DNA of 22,507 nucleotides, counting the filler, from an uncultured Methanosarcinales archaeon (lineage in GTDB: Archaea > Nanobdellota > Nanobdellia > Woesearchaeales > CAZKBD01), in the NCBI GenBank assembly GCA_964550945.1. It is 12 parts of 12 records of this genome, joined end to end, with 100 filler letters (N's around TTAATTAATTAA, not from the genome) between each part and the next. Parts side by side here need not be neighbours in the genome. Positions count along the whole stretch, not along the records: positions 1 to 2,059 come from CAZKBD010000163.1; positions 2,160 to 4,179 come from CAZKBD010000164.1; positions 4,280 to 6,253 come from CAZKBD010000165.1; positions 6,354 to 8,324 come from CAZKBD010000166.1; 8 more parts are not named here. One strand, given 5' to 3'. The position numbers were made by a program, and so were the translations under genes. Below the pieces are notes generated by a model. The model was not told where the DNA came from. It did not search any database and saw only the letters and a list, made by a program, of their open reading frames with translations. Shown here one piece after another: positions 1 to 7,791 of this stretch. Numbering within the stretch: the first letter of the stretch is position 1; every line of letters starts with the position of its first letter.

Positions 1-2
1 AA

Positions 3-113
3 AAGAAGGGAAAATACATAACTATAAACATAAGATACCTCGGAACAACAAAGAAATTGTTAGCAGACTTAAAAGAACTGGATAGTTTGAGAAAGGGAAA
101 ATCCTTAACTTAA
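3..113 (+). CDS. 3' end of a small hypothetical protein (partial, contig edge)
   Basis: Open frame KKGKYITINIRYLGTTKKLLADLKELDSLRKGKSLT* ends at TAA 111-113, 30 nt before the attC-like site. Confidence 0.5.
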   Translation, partial: KKGKYITINIRYLGTTKKLLADLKELDSLRKGKSLT

Positions 114-142
114 TGACATTGTTCGCTCGTAGCTGGAAACGA

Positions 143-322
143 ACTTAACAAGAATTAGGCGGTTCGCAGGGTCGCTTCGCTAAAATGCCAAGCATTTTCC
201 CCTGCTCTCCCAAATTTTTGCCATCTCTGAAAAATTCTCCAGCTCTGAAGTTTGTGGGTTGCCTCAAACTTCGAGGGGAATTTTTCGAGGGCAAAAACTT
301 CGCCTAATTCTATAAGTTATAC
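143..322 (+). other. Putative integron attC-like recombination site (long, branched)
   Basis: ACTTAAC (143-149) fits RYYYAAC and GTTATAC (316-322) is close to GTTRRRY. AGAATTAGGCG (151-161) is the exact inverted repeat of CGCCTAATTCT (301-311). Two internal hairpin arms lie at 166-205 and 215-297. Confidence 0.65.
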
Positions 323-387
323 GCAATTTTCGCAATCGCCTAAAAGTAGGAAGGGGCAAGAATTGTTACTACTTATAAAAGACTATC

Positions 388-407
388 TAACCGAAAGATT
401 TATATAG
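388..407 (+). promoter_or_regulatory. Archaeal BRE + TATA box
   Basis: TAACCGAAAGATTTATATAG; the TATA starts about 30 nt before ATG 429. The 15-mer TAACCGAAAGATTTA recurs at 18573-18587. Confidence 0.65.
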
Positions 408-428
408 TTGCGTTATTTACCTTATTAT

Positions 429-626
429 ATGAAAAGACGCGAATTATCTGATGATATTATTGAAGCAACAGACTCCACTCTAAGTGAAACAGTAGAACTT
501 TTAGGCAGGTTTAATGTTGGCGAATACTGGGAAAAACCTTTTCACGTACCTAATAATCCACAAGATACAACTGCAATAATGAGATATATAGGCAGATTAA
601 AACAAGAAGGATTAGACATTGGTTAA
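429..626 (+). CDS. Hypothetical cassette-borne protein (possibly truncated by a premature stop; frame stays open to 710)
   Basis: ATG 429 sits at leaderless spacing from the TATA box. After TAA 624-626 the same frame reads 27 more codons to TAA 708-710. Confidence 0.5.
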   Translation: MKRRELSDDIIEATDSTLSETVELLGRFNVGEYWEKPFHVPNNPQDTTAIMRYIGRLKQEGLDIG

Positions 627-863
627 GGTGATTCTCAATTCGGATATAAAATGCCACTCCCTCAAAAAGATACGAGTACCAGATATATCCAAATTTTTAG
701 AAGAAAATAATTCAAACAATTCTTGCCCCTAATTCTATGCCTTGATATATCACTTCGTTCTTTTGATAGACGGCGATTGCGAACTTTGGACTGAACCCCT
801 AAAAGTTGACACATAGAAAACGAATATAAGCATGCAATTAAGTGCTGAACAAGAGGTGCAAAA

Positions 864-1184
864 ATGGGGATAAAAAGACAGTTTTCAAAGGAATTTAAGT
901 TATCAGTCCTAAAAGAGCTTGAGACAAAGAGGCTAGCTGAAGTATGTAGAGCGCATAGTTTAGCTCCATCAACTGTAAGTGGGTGGAGAATAGACTATGA
1001 AAAGAATCCTAAAGAGGCATTCAAAGGTCGTGGCAACATATGGAAGGAAGATGCAAGACTAGCCGAAAAGGACAGGCTAATCGGCCAGCTATACGCAGAG
1101 AACTTCTTTTTAAAAAAAGTTTACGAGAGATTGAAGCAGCTTCAATTAGAGGAGAAAAGAAAAGGGAGGTCATTGCTAAAATGA
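864..1184 (+). CDS. IS3 transposase OrfA (HTH)
   Basis: KRQFSKEFKLSVL...LAEVCRAHSLAPSTVSGW HTH followed by a coiled-coil ending ENFFLKK; GAGGTG RBS upstream. Confidence 0.9.
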   Translation: MGIKRQFSKEFKLSVLKELETKRLAEVCRAHSLAPSTVSGWRIDYEKNPKEAFKGRGNIWKEDARLAEKDRLIGQLYAENFFLKKVYERLKQLQLEEKRKGRSLLK

Positions 1185-2029
1185 TTAGCTCAAGACAGAT
1201 TACAATCTCTAAAGCCTGCCAATGCCTTAATATCAGCAGACAAGCTCATTATAATTGGCAGCAGAAAGGCAATTCCACGGGAGACATCCCTATTAGGTCT
1301 GCAATCCATGACATTGCATTAGAATTCCCAAAATATGGGTACAGGAGAATAACTGCTGAACTACATCGCAAGGGACAAGCTATTAATCATAAGAAAGTGC
1401 TTAAGATTATGCACGATGAGAATCTCTTATGTAAGCCAAAGAAGAAATTTAGAATTACAACTACAGACTCAAACCACGATTATCCAGTCTATCCAAATCT
1501 GACCAAAGGCATAATCACAACAGGAATAAACCAGCTTTGGGTGTCTGATATAACTTATGTCCATTTGGTGAATGAGCATGTTTACCTTGCTGTCATAATT
1601 GATGTTTTCAGCAGAAAGTGCATTGGATGGGAATTAAGCAGGCGGATTGATGCAGGGCTTGTAATGAATGCCCTGGATATGGCAATTAAATCTAGAGTTC
1701 ATATGGGCATAGATGGCTTGATTCATCATTCAGATCAGGGTGTCCAATATGCTTGCAATGAATATGTCAATCGTCTTAAAGAGTTAGGGATAAAGATAAG
1801 CATGAGCAGGAGAGGCAACCCTTATGACAATGCCTTTGCTGAGAGCTTTATGAAGACGCTTAAAGTCGAGGAGGTGTATCTAAAAGAATACAAGACATTT
1901 AATGAAGCATATAACCATATCAAAGAATTTATTGATATTGTTTACAACAAAAAGAGGCTGTATTCATCCATAGGGTATATGCCGCCTGAAGAGTTTGAAA
2001 CGGAGGTTTTAAATACAAATATTCGTTAA
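1112..2029 (+). CDS. IS3 transposase OrfB (DDE integrase core), reached by -1 frameshift
   Basis: Motifs YGYRRI, WVSDITY, HHSDQGVQY and DNAFAESF. The slippery A AAA AAA G at 1112-1119 is in orfA phase and orfB is in the -1 frame. Confidence 0.9.
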   Translation, partial: KKSLREIEAASIRGEKKREVIAKMISSRQITISKACQCLNISRQAHYNWQQKGNSTGDIPIRSAIHDIALEFPKYGYRRITAELHRKGQAINHKKVLKIMHDENLLCKPKKKFRITTTDSNHDYPVYPNLTKGIITTGINQLWVSDITYVHLVNEHVYLAVIIDVFSRKCIGWELSRRIDAGLVMNALDMAIKSRVHMGIDGLIHHSDQGVQYACNEYVNRLKELGIKISMSRRGNPYDNAFAESFMKTLKVEEVYLKEYKTFNEAYNHIKEFIDIVYNKKRLYSSIGYMPPEEFETEVLNTNIR

Positions 2030-2059
2030 CTGACTGTCAACTAAATGGGGTTCACTCCA

Positions 2060-2159
2060 NNNNNNNNNNNNNNNNNNNNNNNNNNNNNNNNNNNNNNNNN
2101 NNNTTAATTAATTAANNNNNNNNNNNNNNNNNNNNNNNNNNNNNNNNNNNNNNNNNNNN
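2060..2159. other. Artificial contig linker (first of 11)
   Basis: N44-TTAATTAATTAA-N44 with stops in all six frames. Also at 4180-4279, 6254-6353, 8325-8424, 10333-10432, 12339-12438, 14165-14264, 15921-16020, 17626-17725, 19286-19385 and 20904-21003. Confidence 0.99.
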
Positions 2160-2171
2160 ATTTATTAAACT

Positions 2172-2195
2172 ACCGCAGCAAGCTGCGGGGTATTA
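2172..2195 (+). repeat. Hairpin repeat ACCGCAGCAAGCTGCGGGGTATTA, copy 1 (probable mobile element end)
   Basis: CCGCAGC-AA-GCTGCGG palindrome; identical 24-mer at 8301-8324; lies 12 nt from the contig start. Confidence 0.85.
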
Positions 2196-2250
2196 AACCC
2201 AAATGGGAATAAAGTCGGGGATGTTTATTCTGTTAACACCCTTAAGCTAC

Positions 2251-3132
2251 TCACAAAGTTAGTAAAGCATCTCTTACTCTTGTATCAAATTCTGGTTTAT
2301 GGAAAATATGCTCCTTTATATCAAAAACATAAATGTTTTTTGTTGTCGCAATTTGTTCACAGAAATTATATATTCTGTCTACTTCAGCATATGATATTTT
2401 TTTATCTCCAAAAATTTGCTTGAATAAAAACTTCAGGCCTTCGGTATTTATCTTTCCTTCTCTGTATAAATCTAAGTAATACCTTTGATTTCTAGTAACT
2501 GCAACCTTATATATCCCCCTTGTTCTTTTGCCTATTTCATCACTATGCCTTATCAAATTACTTACCTTATGTTCATTTCCGGGCTTTCCATACAATTCTT
2601 CGTCACTTAAAACACCAACTGCCCCCAATGAATGCAATAGCTCATAGGACTTATTGATAATCTCCTCCCATGCATTCAGGGCTTCTTCCCCTCTTTTTAA
2701 ATCGGCAGTAGATTTCTCCGAAAATGCTCTTGTAGCAATCAATGAAAATACAATTATCTTATGTCTGTCTGATAATGGTTTTGTGGTTTCATTGTATGTG
2801 TTGAAATACTTATCATCTACGCTCTGGAGCAGAATATCTTGAGATATTATGCCTCTTTCTGACTCATACTTCCAAATGCCCCTAGCCGTAATTACATATT
2901 TACCCATCTCATCAGTTTCCCTGATAAACCCCTTGTTCAATAGTTTATCCAAAATCTCCATTGGAATCTTTATCTGGTTTAACCTTGATTCATGCATTAT
3001 CCTAAGCCTATCATTACTCTTTATATCAAAGAACCAGAGAATAATTGACTTACACTTCTCTTTCTTATACTGTTTTATAAGGCTGCTGTAAAGAGCATTA
3101 TAAAATTTTTCTAGGCAGTCTATTAATTCCAT
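2251..3132 (-). CDS. Hypothetical protein, 293 aa, possible winged-helix segment; operonic with the SMC-like ATPase
   Basis: Long ORF starting 2 nt after the upstream stop, with a GAGGT RBS. LDKLLNKGFIRE...KYVITARG resembles a wHTH wing. Confidence 0.8.
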   Translation of the reverse strand: MELIDCLEKFYNALYSSLIKQYKKEKCKSIILWFFDIKSNDRLRIMHESRLNQIKIPMEILDKLLNKGFIRETDEMGKYVITARGIWKYESERGIISQDILLQSVDDKYFNTYNETTKPLSDRHKIIVFSLIATRAFSEKSTADLKRGEEALNAWEEIINKSYELLHSLGAVGVLSDEELYGKPGNEHKVSNLIRHSDEIGKRTRGIYKVAVTRNQRYYLDLYREGKINTEGLKFLFKQIFGDKKISYAEVDRIYNFCEQIATTKNIYVFDIKEHIFHKPEFDTRVRDALLTL

Positions 3133-3134
3133 TT

Positions 3135-4178
3135 TTAATCTACCTCATAATCAACCTTAGACACCACTTTAACATCGTCCCCTTTCTGTACTATAACGCC
3201 AACTAGCAGTTTTCCTTTATCATAAAGTTCTTTGAATTTTTTATAGATTGGATCAAGGGATTTCATATCCATCATTGCTACTTCATCAAACAAGACAATC
3301 ATTTTTCTCTTGTCGGAGGTATTCAACAGTCCTTTAAGGTAAGCACTTTGGCTTTGCCCAGTACCCATATCAGTCAAATGAATTTTTTTCTTCCCCTCTG
3401 TGAAGATAATCCCTTTTATTAGGTCTACCCTTACCGCGGAGTATTCCTTATCTATATGCCTAAATTTGCCTATCCTATTTGCTAGAAAAGTAAACACTGC
3501 ATCGTTGTATTCTACTTGCTCCTTGTTATCTTCGGAAGGCTCCTCCCTCTCTTTTATAATGTTGATATACCTAGAATACTCTATCTTAAGCTTATTTTCC
3601 ATCGATTCGAGCATATCGAGTAGCTGGTTCAAGAACTCTAAATGGTTCTGATAATTGTGAGGTTTATTGCTTTTCTGCCGGTCTAGTTCCGTAGATAGCG
3701 CAGTTTGTGTGTGTTCAAGATCTCTTATTTTTCCTTTTTCAGTATTCATCTCTTTTTCCATATCCCTTATTTTTTCCCGCAACTGTTCCTCGGTAAAGAA
3801 TTCATATTCCTTCATTTTTTTTCCGCATAGAGACCTTATCTCGTTCTCGCTTGGCTTTCCTGTTGCTGAGTACTTGATGTCATACTCTTCAAATTTCCCT
3901 TGGCACTTATTCAACTCCTTCTCCAACTCTTCCTTCTCCTTTTCTACTGAGGTATCAATGTACTCTCTAGGATCGTATGACAGTGACTTTTTCAATTCCC
4001 TTAGTTCTGGAAATATTTGTTGGTTTAGAGCTGACAAATTTCTTCTTAGTTTCGCCAGTTCTGCATCGGCCTCAGAAATGTTCTGATTGAGCTTAGCGAT
4101 GGACTCATATTTTTGTGCTTCTTGTCTAAGATCATGGATAAACTCCTGAATGCTCTTTTGCGTGCCAGGAATACTTAT
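3135..4178 (-). CDS. SMC/Rad50-like coiled-coil ABC ATPase, C-terminal part (partial)
   Basis: Frame is open to the contig edge. A long E/K-rich coiled coil is followed by a signature-like MGTGQ, Walker B IVLFDE and D-loop-like AMMD. Confidence 0.8.
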   Translation of the reverse strand: MSIPGTQKSIQEFIHDLRQEAQKYESIAKLNQNISEADAELAKLRRNLSALNQQIFPELRELKKSLSYDPREYIDTSVEKEKEELEKELNKCQGKFEEYDIKYSATGKPSENEIRSLCGKKMKEYEFFTEEQLREKIRDMEKEMNTEKGKIRDLEHTQTALSTELDRQKSNKPHNYQNHLEFLNQLLDMLESMENKLKIEYSRYINIIKEREEPSEDNKEQVEYNDAVFTFLANRIGKFRHIDKEYSAVRVDLIKGIIFTEGKKKIHLTDMGTGQSQSAYLKGLLNTSDKRKMIVLFDEVAMMDMKSLDPIYKKFKELYDKGKLLVGVIVQKGDDVKVVSKVDYEVD

Positions 4179-4340
4179 TNNNNNNNNNNNNNNNNNNNNN
4201 NNNNNNNNNNNNNNNNNNNNNNNTTAATTAATTAANNNNNNNNNNNNNNNNNNNNNNNNNNNNNNNNNNNNNNNNNNNNAAACACTTAAATTATACCACC
4301 ATTAAAAAACTTTTTATAGTAGTTCCGCTTTCTTATTGTT

Positions 4341-5252
4341 ATGTTCATAATAGACAAGCAAAAGAACGAGATTTACTCTTTGCCTGCCAAAGAAATAAGC
4401 GCTGAGCATGCAAAATGTGTAAGCTCGGGATTAGCCCACAGGATACTTAGTTTGCTGGCAAAAGAGGCAATGTACCCTATAGACATAGCAAAAGCTTTGA
4501 AAGTGCATGAGCAGAAAGTATACTACCACATAAGGAATCTGGAGAAGGCAGGCATTATCAAAATCGTCAGAAAGGAAACAAAGCAGGGAGCAACAGCAAA
4601 TTTCTATGCATTGACAGAGCCTGCTTTTGTAATCAAGTTCAAAGATTTTGAGACAACAAGCAAAATTGCACAAATAAGGAACGAGTCAGAATTTCTTGAG
4701 CCTTTCATCAGGGACGGGCAGCTTGATGCCCTGATTATTGTAGGCTCTCCGGATCCTCATGGCCCTGACAAGGCAAGAAGCAGGGACGGCTATTACGGAA
4801 TGGACTTGGCTTTGTTCTTGGGCACATTCCTCAATTATGTCCCCCAGTTCAATGTAAAGCTTGACACAGAAGTAAGAGATGAGGATTTACAAAACAACTT
4901 AATTCTCATAGGGGGGCCTGTTGTAAACAAGATTGTTGAAAAAGTTAATTCAAAACTGCCAATAAGATTTGAAAATGGAAACATTAAATCAACCATTTCA
5001 AGTGAAACCTACCCTCAGGATGAATGCGGTTTGATTGTAAAGGCAAAAAGCCCCTTCAACAAGGACAAATATATTTTGGTTGTTGCAGGCAAAAGGTTTT
5101 CAGGGACAAGGGCTGCAATCATCGCATTTTTGAAGGATTTCAAGAAAATAACAAATGGCAACATCCACAATTCAGGCATCAAGGCAAATGTAGTTGAAGG
5201 CATAGACTTGGACTCTGACGGGATAATTGATGATATAGAGTTTAGGGAATGA
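4341..5252 (+). CDS. ArsR-like HTH transcriptional regulator fused to an S-layer-C-like alpha/beta domain
   Basis: RILSLL...YPIDIAKALKVHEQKVYYHIRNLEKAGII is an HTH; the C-terminus carries NLILIGGPVVN...ILVVAG motifs. Confidence 0.8.
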   Translation: MFIIDKQKNEIYSLPAKEISAEHAKCVSSGLAHRILSLLAKEAMYPIDIAKALKVHEQKVYYHIRNLEKAGIIKIVRKETKQGATANFYALTEPAFVIKFKDFETTSKIAQIRNESEFLEPFIRDGQLDALIIVGSPDPHGPDKARSRDGYYGMDLALFLGTFLNYVPQFNVKLDTEVRDEDLQNNLILIGGPVVNKIVEKVNSKLPIRFENGNIKSTISSETYPQDECGLIVKAKSPFNKDKYILVVAGKRFSGTRAAIIAFLKDFKKITNGNIHNSGIKANVVEGIDLDSDGIIDDIEFRE

Positions 5253-5306
5253 GATTATTAGTTTTTTCCTAAAAAACACATAAATTTTAAGTCAAACACA
5301 ATTCTA

Positions 5307-5939
5307 TTAAAAAAGTGGATCACCTCCATATCTGTAGTATCTGATTTGATCGTCTATTGGGGTTTTAGGTGGTTCACTAAGAGAAAGATGATTAAGCAAT
5401 CTGTTTAATCGGCTTGCATAAAATTCTTTTCCAGCCCTTTCTCTGCGGACTTCAGGTAATATTTGTTCTTTCATTTTTTTATAATCTTCTTCACTTCTAA
5501 CTTTTATTCTCCCTTCAAATTTAGGTTCCTTCAATAATAAACCAAAAAAATTAGGAAGACATCCGGGTATTGAACAGGAATCTGGGCGTATTATATTGCC
5601 TACCAATTCTTCAAGAGTAATTTCTTTATCTCCTGCATAAACTATGTTGGGAGGTGCTTTAAACGTTATATGTGCATCCTCAAAAATATCATTAAATTTA
5701 GAATGGGATAAATATGGAATCCCTTTCTTTTTTAATCGTGCTGCTATATCCTCCATTTTTATACCCATATAATTATCAGAGATGTCGCCAATAAAAAACA
5801 TAAATGGAATGCCAATAAGCTTAGGGTCATCGTGCTTTAGGATTTCTGGTCCTGTAACATACGCCAAGACAAAGTTGTATAATTCACCTACAGCAAAATC
5901 TGGATTTCTCTTTTCAAATTCTTGAGTTTTTTTAGTCAT
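5307..5939 (-). CDS. Hypothetical protein, 210 aa
   Basis: Long ATG-started ORF co-oriented with the upstream ORF; no recognised motif. Confidence 0.7.
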   Translation of the reverse strand: MTKKTQEFEKRNPDFAVGELYNFVLAYVTGPEILKHDDPKLIGIPFMFFIGDISDNYMGIKMEDIAARLKKKGIPYLSHSKFNDIFEDAHITFKAPPNIVYAGDKEITLEELVGNIIRPDSCSIPGCLPNFFGLLLKEPKFEGRIKVRSEEDYKKMKEQILPEVRRERAGKEFYASRLNRLLNHLSLSEPPKTPIDDQIRYYRYGGDPLF

Positions 5940-5954
5940 TTGATATCACTGAAT

Positions 5955-6251
5955 TTAATGTCTTGCAGTTGCATACCTTTCCACATATTTTTTTAATAGT
6001 CGTAGAGATTGCTGTATTGCCCAATTGAAATCTTCACGGTACTCATCCCTAGGAACACCCCAATACATTCTTACTATCTCTGTTAAAGAATCTTTAATTG
6101 CATTAACTTTGTAGATATCATGCTTATCCTTTTCTAACTCTAAACCCGATTTAATTAAGGTTTGATATGCATCATTGAGAGTAAGTCTATGAGGACTGTC
6201 CACTTTCCAATCCAATTGTTTATGAACATCAAGATTTGCTGCAAAGGCAAT
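5955..6251 (-). CDS. Hypothetical protein, C-terminal part (partial)
   Basis: The frame of ORF 5955-6215 remains open to the contig edge. Confidence 0.6.
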   Translation of the reverse strand: MAFAANLDVHKQLDWKVDSPHRLTLNDAYQTLIKSGLELEKDKHDIYKVNAIKDSLTEIVRMYWGVPRDEYREDFNWAIQQSLRLLKKYVERYATARH

Positions 6252-6354
6252 GTNNNNNNNNNNNNNNNNNNNNNNNNNNNNNNNNNNNNNNNNNNNNTTA
6301 ATTAATTAANNNNNNNNNNNNNNNNNNNNNNNNNNNNNNNNNNNNNNNNNNNNA

Positions 6355-6486
6355 GCAATGGACTTATTAGTTATACTTGGATTCATGTTCTTGATAGGGG
6401 CGCTGCTTTATACTTATATTCTAGTCAGGAATTTACAAAAAAAGATGGAAGAAGTTGTTAGGAAGATAGCCTTAGAGAAGAAATAA
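6355..6486 (+). CDS. DUF2304-family membrane protein, C-terminal part (partial)
   Basis: AMDLLVILGFMFLIGALLYTYILVRNLQKKMEEVVRKIALEKK*: TM helix then short coiled coil ending R-x-I-A-L, next to a glycosyltransferase as is typical. Confidence 0.7.
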   Translation, partial: AMDLLVILGFMFLIGALLYTYILVRNLQKKMEEVVRKIALEKK

Positions 6487-6528
6487 TCATTCACAATCTT
6501 TAAATAGGTTGTTACAGTCTTCTATGCT

Positions 6529-7695
6529 ATGAAAATCTTATTTGTTTTGGAAAATTATGTGCCTCACATTGGCGGTGTAGAATTAGTATTCAAAACACTA
6601 GCTGAGAATTTGGCTAAAGAGCATGATATTTCTATTATAACCCATAAGCTAAAAAACACGAAAAAATTTGAGGTGATTAATGGCGTCAAAATTTACAGAG
6701 TCTCTTGCTTGCAAAATCGTTATTTATTTTCATTTTTAGCTATACCTAAAACACTAAGATTAGCTAAGAAAGCTGACATAATCCACACCACAACATATAA
6801 TGGGGCTGTTCCTGCAAGATTTGCTGCAAAATTATTAGGTAAACCATCAATTATCACTGTCCATGAGGTTATGGGCAATAAATGGAAATCATTGACTGGA
6901 ATGAATTTTTTAAATGCCCAACTCCACAAATTTCTTGAGTATCTGGTCATCTCGTTAAAATTTGACAGCTTTGTCTGTGTGTCAAAATCAACACAAACTG
7001 ATTTATATAAAAATAAAGAGAGGTCGGTTGTTGTTTACAATGCAGTTGATTACAATCACTTCAATCCCGATAAATATGACTCAAAAAAAATAAGAAACCT
7101 GCTGAAATTAGAAGAAGATTTTGTTTATTTAACTTATGGCAGGCCAGGAATATCAAAAGGGATAGAATATGCTGTAAAGGCTGTTCCATTAATTTCTGAA
7201 AAGATAAAAGATTCCAAGTTACTATTAATACTAAGCAAAGACAAGGCGTACAAAAAAGGATATGATTCCATTATTAGCTTAATTAAGACATTGAAGATTG
7301 AAGAAAAAGTGATTATATCAGATCCAGTTGGTTATAACGAGCTCCCTAGCTGTATAAAGGCAGCAGATTGTGTGGTAGTTCCATCCTTGACAGAGGGCTT
7401 TGGATTTACGGTGGCAGAGAGTTGCGCAATGCAAAAGCCAGTAGTAGCAACAAACACAACATCAATCCCAGAAGTCATTTCAGGAAAATTTGTTTTGGTA
7501 GAACCAAAATCACCAGAAGCTATTGGAGAGGGTATTGTCAAGGTATATCACAAAAAATACAATCAAACAAAGCTAAAAAAGTTCTTGATAAAAGATAATA
7601 TTGAGGGGTATCTTAAAGTGTATAGGGGATTGATAAAAGATAAAAGTTCTTTTGATGAGTGTTCTGGCCAATTAAATTTTAGTGGCACGAACTGA
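6529..7695 (+). CDS. Glycosyltransferase family 4 (GT-B)
   Basis: MKILF...PHIGGVE, ITVHE, GRPGISKGIE, ADCVVVPSLTEGFGFTVAES (E-x7-E) and KPVVAT. Confidence 0.95.
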   Translation: MKILFVLENYVPHIGGVELVFKTLAENLAKEHDISIITHKLKNTKKFEVINGVKIYRVSCLQNRYLFSFLAIPKTLRLAKKADIIHTTTYNGAVPARFAAKLLGKPSIITVHEVMGNKWKSLTGMNFLNAQLHKFLEYLVISLKFDSFVCVSKSTQTDLYKNKERSVVVYNAVDYNHFNPDKYDSKKIRNLLKLEEDFVYLTYGRPGISKGIEYAVKAVPLISEKIKDSKLLLILSKDKAYKKGYDSIISLIKTLKIEEKVIISDPVGYNELPSCIKAADCVVVPSLTEGFGFTVAESCAMQKPVVATNTTSIPEVISGKFVLVEPKSPEAIGEGIVKVYHKKYNQTKLKKFLIKDNIEGYLKVYRGLIKDKSSFDECSGQLNFSGTN

Positions 7696-7754
7696 TAGGG
7701 GACAATTTTAAAAATAGAACGGGGAATTCCTTAAATGATCCACATCTTCAAAAG

Positions 7755-7768
7755 GAAAGATTTATACA
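7755..7768 (+). promoter_or_regulatory. Archaeal BRE + TATA box
   Basis: GAAAGATTTATACA; the TATA starts about 31 nt before ATG 7792. Confidence 0.55.
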
Positions 7769-7791
7769 ATTAAACAAGTATACCTTTTAAT

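Larger units (their letters stand above)
787..2059 (+). mobile_element. IS3-family insertion sequence, 1273 bp, complete
   Basis: TG...CA ends. Left end TGGACTGAACCCCTAAAAGTTGACA matches the reverse complement of the right end, TGGAGTGAACCCCATTTAGTTGACA. orfA/orfB organisation. Confidence 0.95.

Noticed and set aside
1040..1111. ATG 1040 as the start of a 329-aa transposase
   Set aside because: This stretch is the -1 frame of orfA upstream of the slippery site; orfB is better explained by frameshifting or by ATG 1181.
2654..4086. Plus-strand ORFs 2654-2842, 2849-3091, 3400-3651 and 3667-4086, and similar shadow ORFs elsewhere (e.g. 4431-4673, 12773-13165, 16433-16711, 19410-19643, 22131-22331)
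   Set aside because: These are antisense or alternative-frame shadows of well-supported genes, often with the Ser/Phe/Leu-rich composition expected opposite Lys/Glu-rich coding strands.
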